From contig NC_057754.1 of assembly GCF_004010195.1 (NCBI RefSeq), positions 7,888,725 to 7,910,643 on the forward strand: 21,919 nt of DNA. Direction: 5' to 3'. A program made the translations under genes and the position numbers. Under the pieces are notes generated by a model. It was not told the origin of the DNA. It did not search any database and saw only the letters and a list, made by a program, of their open reading frames with translations. The stretch comes from Chiloscyllium plagiosum. Its lineage: Eukaryota. Below, piece after piece: positions 18,792 to 21,919 of the stretch (position 1 is its first letter; each line of letters opens with the position of its first letter).

Positions 18792-19787
18792 TGTTGTGAA
18801 GCAGAGGTTGACACTCCCTCCCCAACTCTGATGGCTAAAACTGAACCCCCAGAGAGGCTCACTTCACCTCATACTCTATTAAAAGAATGATATGAAAATT
18901 GGTATAACCTACCTCTTACCACCCAATCTGTTCGAAAGGAATGGTTAAATGAAATGAATCCTTTCACTCACTCTATATTAAACAAGTAACAATTTATTTA
19001 TCTAACTCCAACAGTGAACAAATGAACAGAACCACTAACAAACTGAACAATTCCCCTCTAACTACTAACTATTCCCCAGTAAACAAAATTCTAATCGGAT
19101 GATGTTCAAATAACTGCCAGTCCTACTTATATAAAATGCCATTAAAAAAAAATTAGAATGTAGTCTCTGGAAATTACAGCTAGGATACATCTTCCGGAAT
19201 GCTCCATGCCCTGTCCACTAATCTTCTTTCAGGGAAGCTTCCTCTTTTGAATTCTTGCATCCAGAAAGCCAGTCTCCATCAAATTCTTGCTTCAGGAATA
19301 TTAGCTATGAGTGCTGCTGTACCTTTAGTCAGATAATTATTACTGAGAGAGCTAAGAGAGCTGATCTCTTCGGATGGCAAATTCCTATATGCCGATTTTC
19401 AAATGCCCTCTTCTTTTATACCCTTTGACCTATTAATTTCTTAAAATATAATTAGTTCTGGGTTGTCAAAACCATCAGATTTAAGTTTAATTGGTCATTA
19501 ATCTCCAAGTGCCTGGTTTAAATGAATTGGCTAAATTTAAAAATCTGTTGTCTTGGTAAAAACGCTGCTTTGCCTGCTGACAGAATGGTCTTTTGCTGCA
19601 AATGTTTCAAATCGAGCACCTGCAAACTGGCAAGCTGCTGCCCACAGCCACTCATTTTTAAATCTCTAACCATGGAAAATAAAACTTCATCTTTTAAAGG
19701 GACCACTCCTCCCCAAATCATTTTACAAACATCAAATTCTAACCTTCTGCCTTCTAATCCACTGATACTCTACCCAACTTCGCAACA
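18792..19787 (-). mobile_element. Solo LTR (996 bp)
   Basis: Termini TGTTGTGAAG...CTTCGCAACA form a 9/10 inverted match. Minus-strand CCAAT (19490-19494, 19526-19530), TATAAAA (19414-19420) and AATAAA (18993-18998). It interrupts the CR1 just before the QHGF-like motif. The TSD is degenerate (gtag / ataa). Confidence 0.8.
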
Positions 19788-20037
19788 ATAAGATTTAAGT
19801 CGGTATGGCTTCATCAAAGGGAGCTTCACACCTGACAAATCTGTTAGAATTCTTTGAGGAGGTAACGAGCAAGTTAGATAAAGGAGAGCCAGTGAATGGC
19901 ATCTATTTGGATTTCCAGAAAGCCTTTGACAAGGTTCTGTACAAGAGGCTCCTAAATAAGATAAGAGCCAGTGGTGTTAGGGGCAAGGTACTGATATGGG
20001 TAGAGGATTAGCAGAAGGAAGAGAGGGGGGATAAAAG

Positions 20038-20678
20038 TTGTCACTCCAGTTGATAGGGGTTGTTAAGAAGGCATATGGTGTGTTGGCTTTCATATGGGAG
20101 ATTGAGTTTACGACCTCTGAGGGAATGCTGCAACTCCATAAAGCCCTGGTTAGATCACACTTGGAATATTGTGTTCAGTTCTGGTTACTTCATTACAGGA
20201 AGGATGTGGAAGCTTTAGAGAGGGAGATTTACCAGGATGCTGCCTGGACTGGAGGGCATGTCTTATGAAGAAAGATTGAGGGAGTTCGGGCTTTTCTCAT
20301 TGGAGTGAAGAAGGGTGTGAGGTGACTTAATAGAGGAGTTCAAGATGATGAGAGGCACAGATGGAGTGGATAGCCAGAGATTTTTACCCAGGGCGGAAAT
20401 GGCTATCACGAGGGGACGTAATTTTAAGGTGATTGGAGGAAGGTTTCGAGAAGATGTTAGAGATAGGTTCCTTACACAGAACGTGGTGGGTGTGTGGAAT
20501 GCATTGCCAGCGATGGTAGTGGAGGAGTCAGATACATTAGAGACATATAACTGGCTCTTGGGTAGGAACACGGTTGACAGTAAAATGAAGGGGATGTAGG
20601 TTAGTCTGATCTTGGAGTAGGATAAAAGTTGGCCACAACATCGCAGGCCGAAGGGCCTGTACTGTTCTAGGTTCTATG
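20038..20678 (+). mobile_element. CR1/HER1-like 3' portion nested in the older CR1
   Basis: VVKKAYGVLAFI...LVRSHLEYCVQFW and TRGRNFKVIGGRFREDVRDRFLTQNVVGVWNALP. Tail gttctaggttctatg. TAAAAG is duplicated at 20032-20037 and 20679-20684. Confidence 0.9.
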
Positions 20679-21084
20679 TAAAAGAGTCTTTTTCAGGATG
20701 TTTGCCAGTGACTAGTAAAGTTCTGTAGGGGTCTGTGTTGGCGCCAGGAAGCATTCACGTTATACATTAGTGGTTTGGACAAAGGAACTGAGGACATTGT
20801 TGCTAAGTTTGCCGATGACACAAAGATAGCTGGTGGGACAGGTAGTGTTAGGAAGTGGGGAGGCTGCAGAAGGACTTAGGCTAGGAGAGTGGGCAAAGAA
20901 GTGCCAGCTGGAATACCATGTAGGATAGTGTGAGGTTGTGCACTTTGGGCAGAAAGAATAGAGATGTAGACTGTTTTCTAAACAGGGATGGGCTTCAGAA
21001 ACCTGAATTACAGAGGGACTTGGGAGTCCAAGTTCAGGGTTCTCTTAAGGTTAAATGCAGGTTCAGTGGTCAGTTCGGAAGGCT

Positions 21085-21186
21085 TCAACCGTGTGCCTAA
21101 CCAAGAGCCGCATAAATGTCCCTAATGTATCTCCTCCACCACCACTGCTGGCAGTGCATTCCACACACCCAGCACTCTCTGGGTAG
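21085..21186 (-). mobile_element. Internal CR1 fragment (~100 bp) in inverted orientation, without a tail
   Basis: taaatgtccctaatgtatct...ccaccaccactgctggcagtgcattccacacacccagcactctctgggta is the reverse complement of a TQRV-GVWNALPA-VV motif. Confidence 0.8.
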
Positions 21187-21823
21187 GTTTTAGCATTCCT
21201 TTCAAGAGGTCGAGAACGCAAGAGCAGGGATGTATTGCTGAGGCTGCAAAAGGCTTTGGTCAGATTACATTTGGAATACTGTGAGCAATTTTGGGCCCTT
21301 TAACTAAGGAAAGATAAGCTCGTCTTGGAAGGGGGCGAGGGGAGATTTACAGGAATGTTCCCAAGGACGAAGGGCTTGTCATATGAGGAGTGGTTGAGGA
21401 ATCTGGGTCTGTACTCATTGGGGTTCAGAAGGATGAGGGGGAATCTGATTAAAATATATAGAATATTGAGAAGCCCAGACAGGGTGGACAGAGACAAAAT
21501 ATTTCCACTAGGAGGAGAGACTTAGGACCCGAGGGCACAGCCTCAGAATGAAGGGATGACCCTTTGGAACTGAGCAGCAGAGACATTTCTTCAGCCGGAG
21601 GGTGGAGAATCTGTGGAACTCATCGCCACAGAGGGCTGTGGAGAGCGAGTCATTGAGCCTCTTTAAGACAGAGTAAGATAGGTTCTTGATGAGTAAGGGG
21701 TTCGAGGGTTACAGGAGAATCGGGTTGAGAAACATGTCAGCCATGATCGAATGGCAGAGCAGGACCGAATGGCCTAAATCTGCTCCTGTATCTTCTAGCC
21801 TTATGGATATATGAGCAATGTGG

Positions 21824-21919
21824 GTGACGTACAGGCGGGGCAGTGGGGGAGTGACGTACAGGCGGGGCAGTGGGGGAGTGACGTACAGGCGGGGTGGGAT
21901 GGGAGGGGGTGACGTACAG
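21824..21919 (+). repeat. 27-bp G-rich minisatellite gtgacgtacaggcggggcagtggggga, running off the window end
   Basis: Identical units at 21824 and 21851, a variant at 21878, and a fourth starting at 21909. Confidence 0.95.

Larger units (their letters stand above)
18750..21805 (+). mobile_element. Long degraded CR1 ORF2 relic (about 18750-18791, 19788-20037, 20679-21083, 21187-21805) hosting three insertions
   Basis: LTNLLEFFEEVTSKLDKGEPVNGIYLDFQKAFDKV, aagtttgccgatgacacaaag (KFADDTK) near 20805-20825, RFTGMFPRTKGLSYEEWLRNLGLYSLGFRRMRGNLI, and tail gaatggcctaaatctgctcctgtatctt. Confidence 0.88.

Overview
Eukaryotic DNA, almost certainly from a cartilaginous fish (shark-type HE1 SINEs and HER1/CR1 LINEs). 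Most of the window is transposable-element debris, with two assembly gaps (5237-6115 and 16352-16370). No host protein-coding gene could be identified. The protein-like ORFs are CR1 reverse-transcriptase/ORF2 relics or Tx1-like ORF2 C-termini; the rest are artefacts of tandem repeats or N-gaps, or are unrecognisable. The window contains many CR1 fragments, six HE1 SINE copies or fragments, a DeuSINE/SacSINE1-like SINE whose core has expanded into a ~1 kb 33-bp minisatellite, three minus-strand solo LTRs, and a terminal 27-bp minisatellite carrying CRE-like and GC-box motifs. The most striking structure is at 4660-8375. A CR1 relic is split by a ~226-bp solo LTR, and that LTR is split at its TATA-like site by three head-to-tail Tx1-like LINE 3' ends. 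The three units are delimited by four copies of one 10-bp motif (minus strand AAAAAGGTGA), and two of them share a 5' breakpoint and an apparent frameshift. This suggests repeated site-specific insertion into an LTR promoter and/or a non-autonomous Tx1-derived family. Family names are from pattern recognition and recall, not database searches, and boundaries of old elements are approximate.
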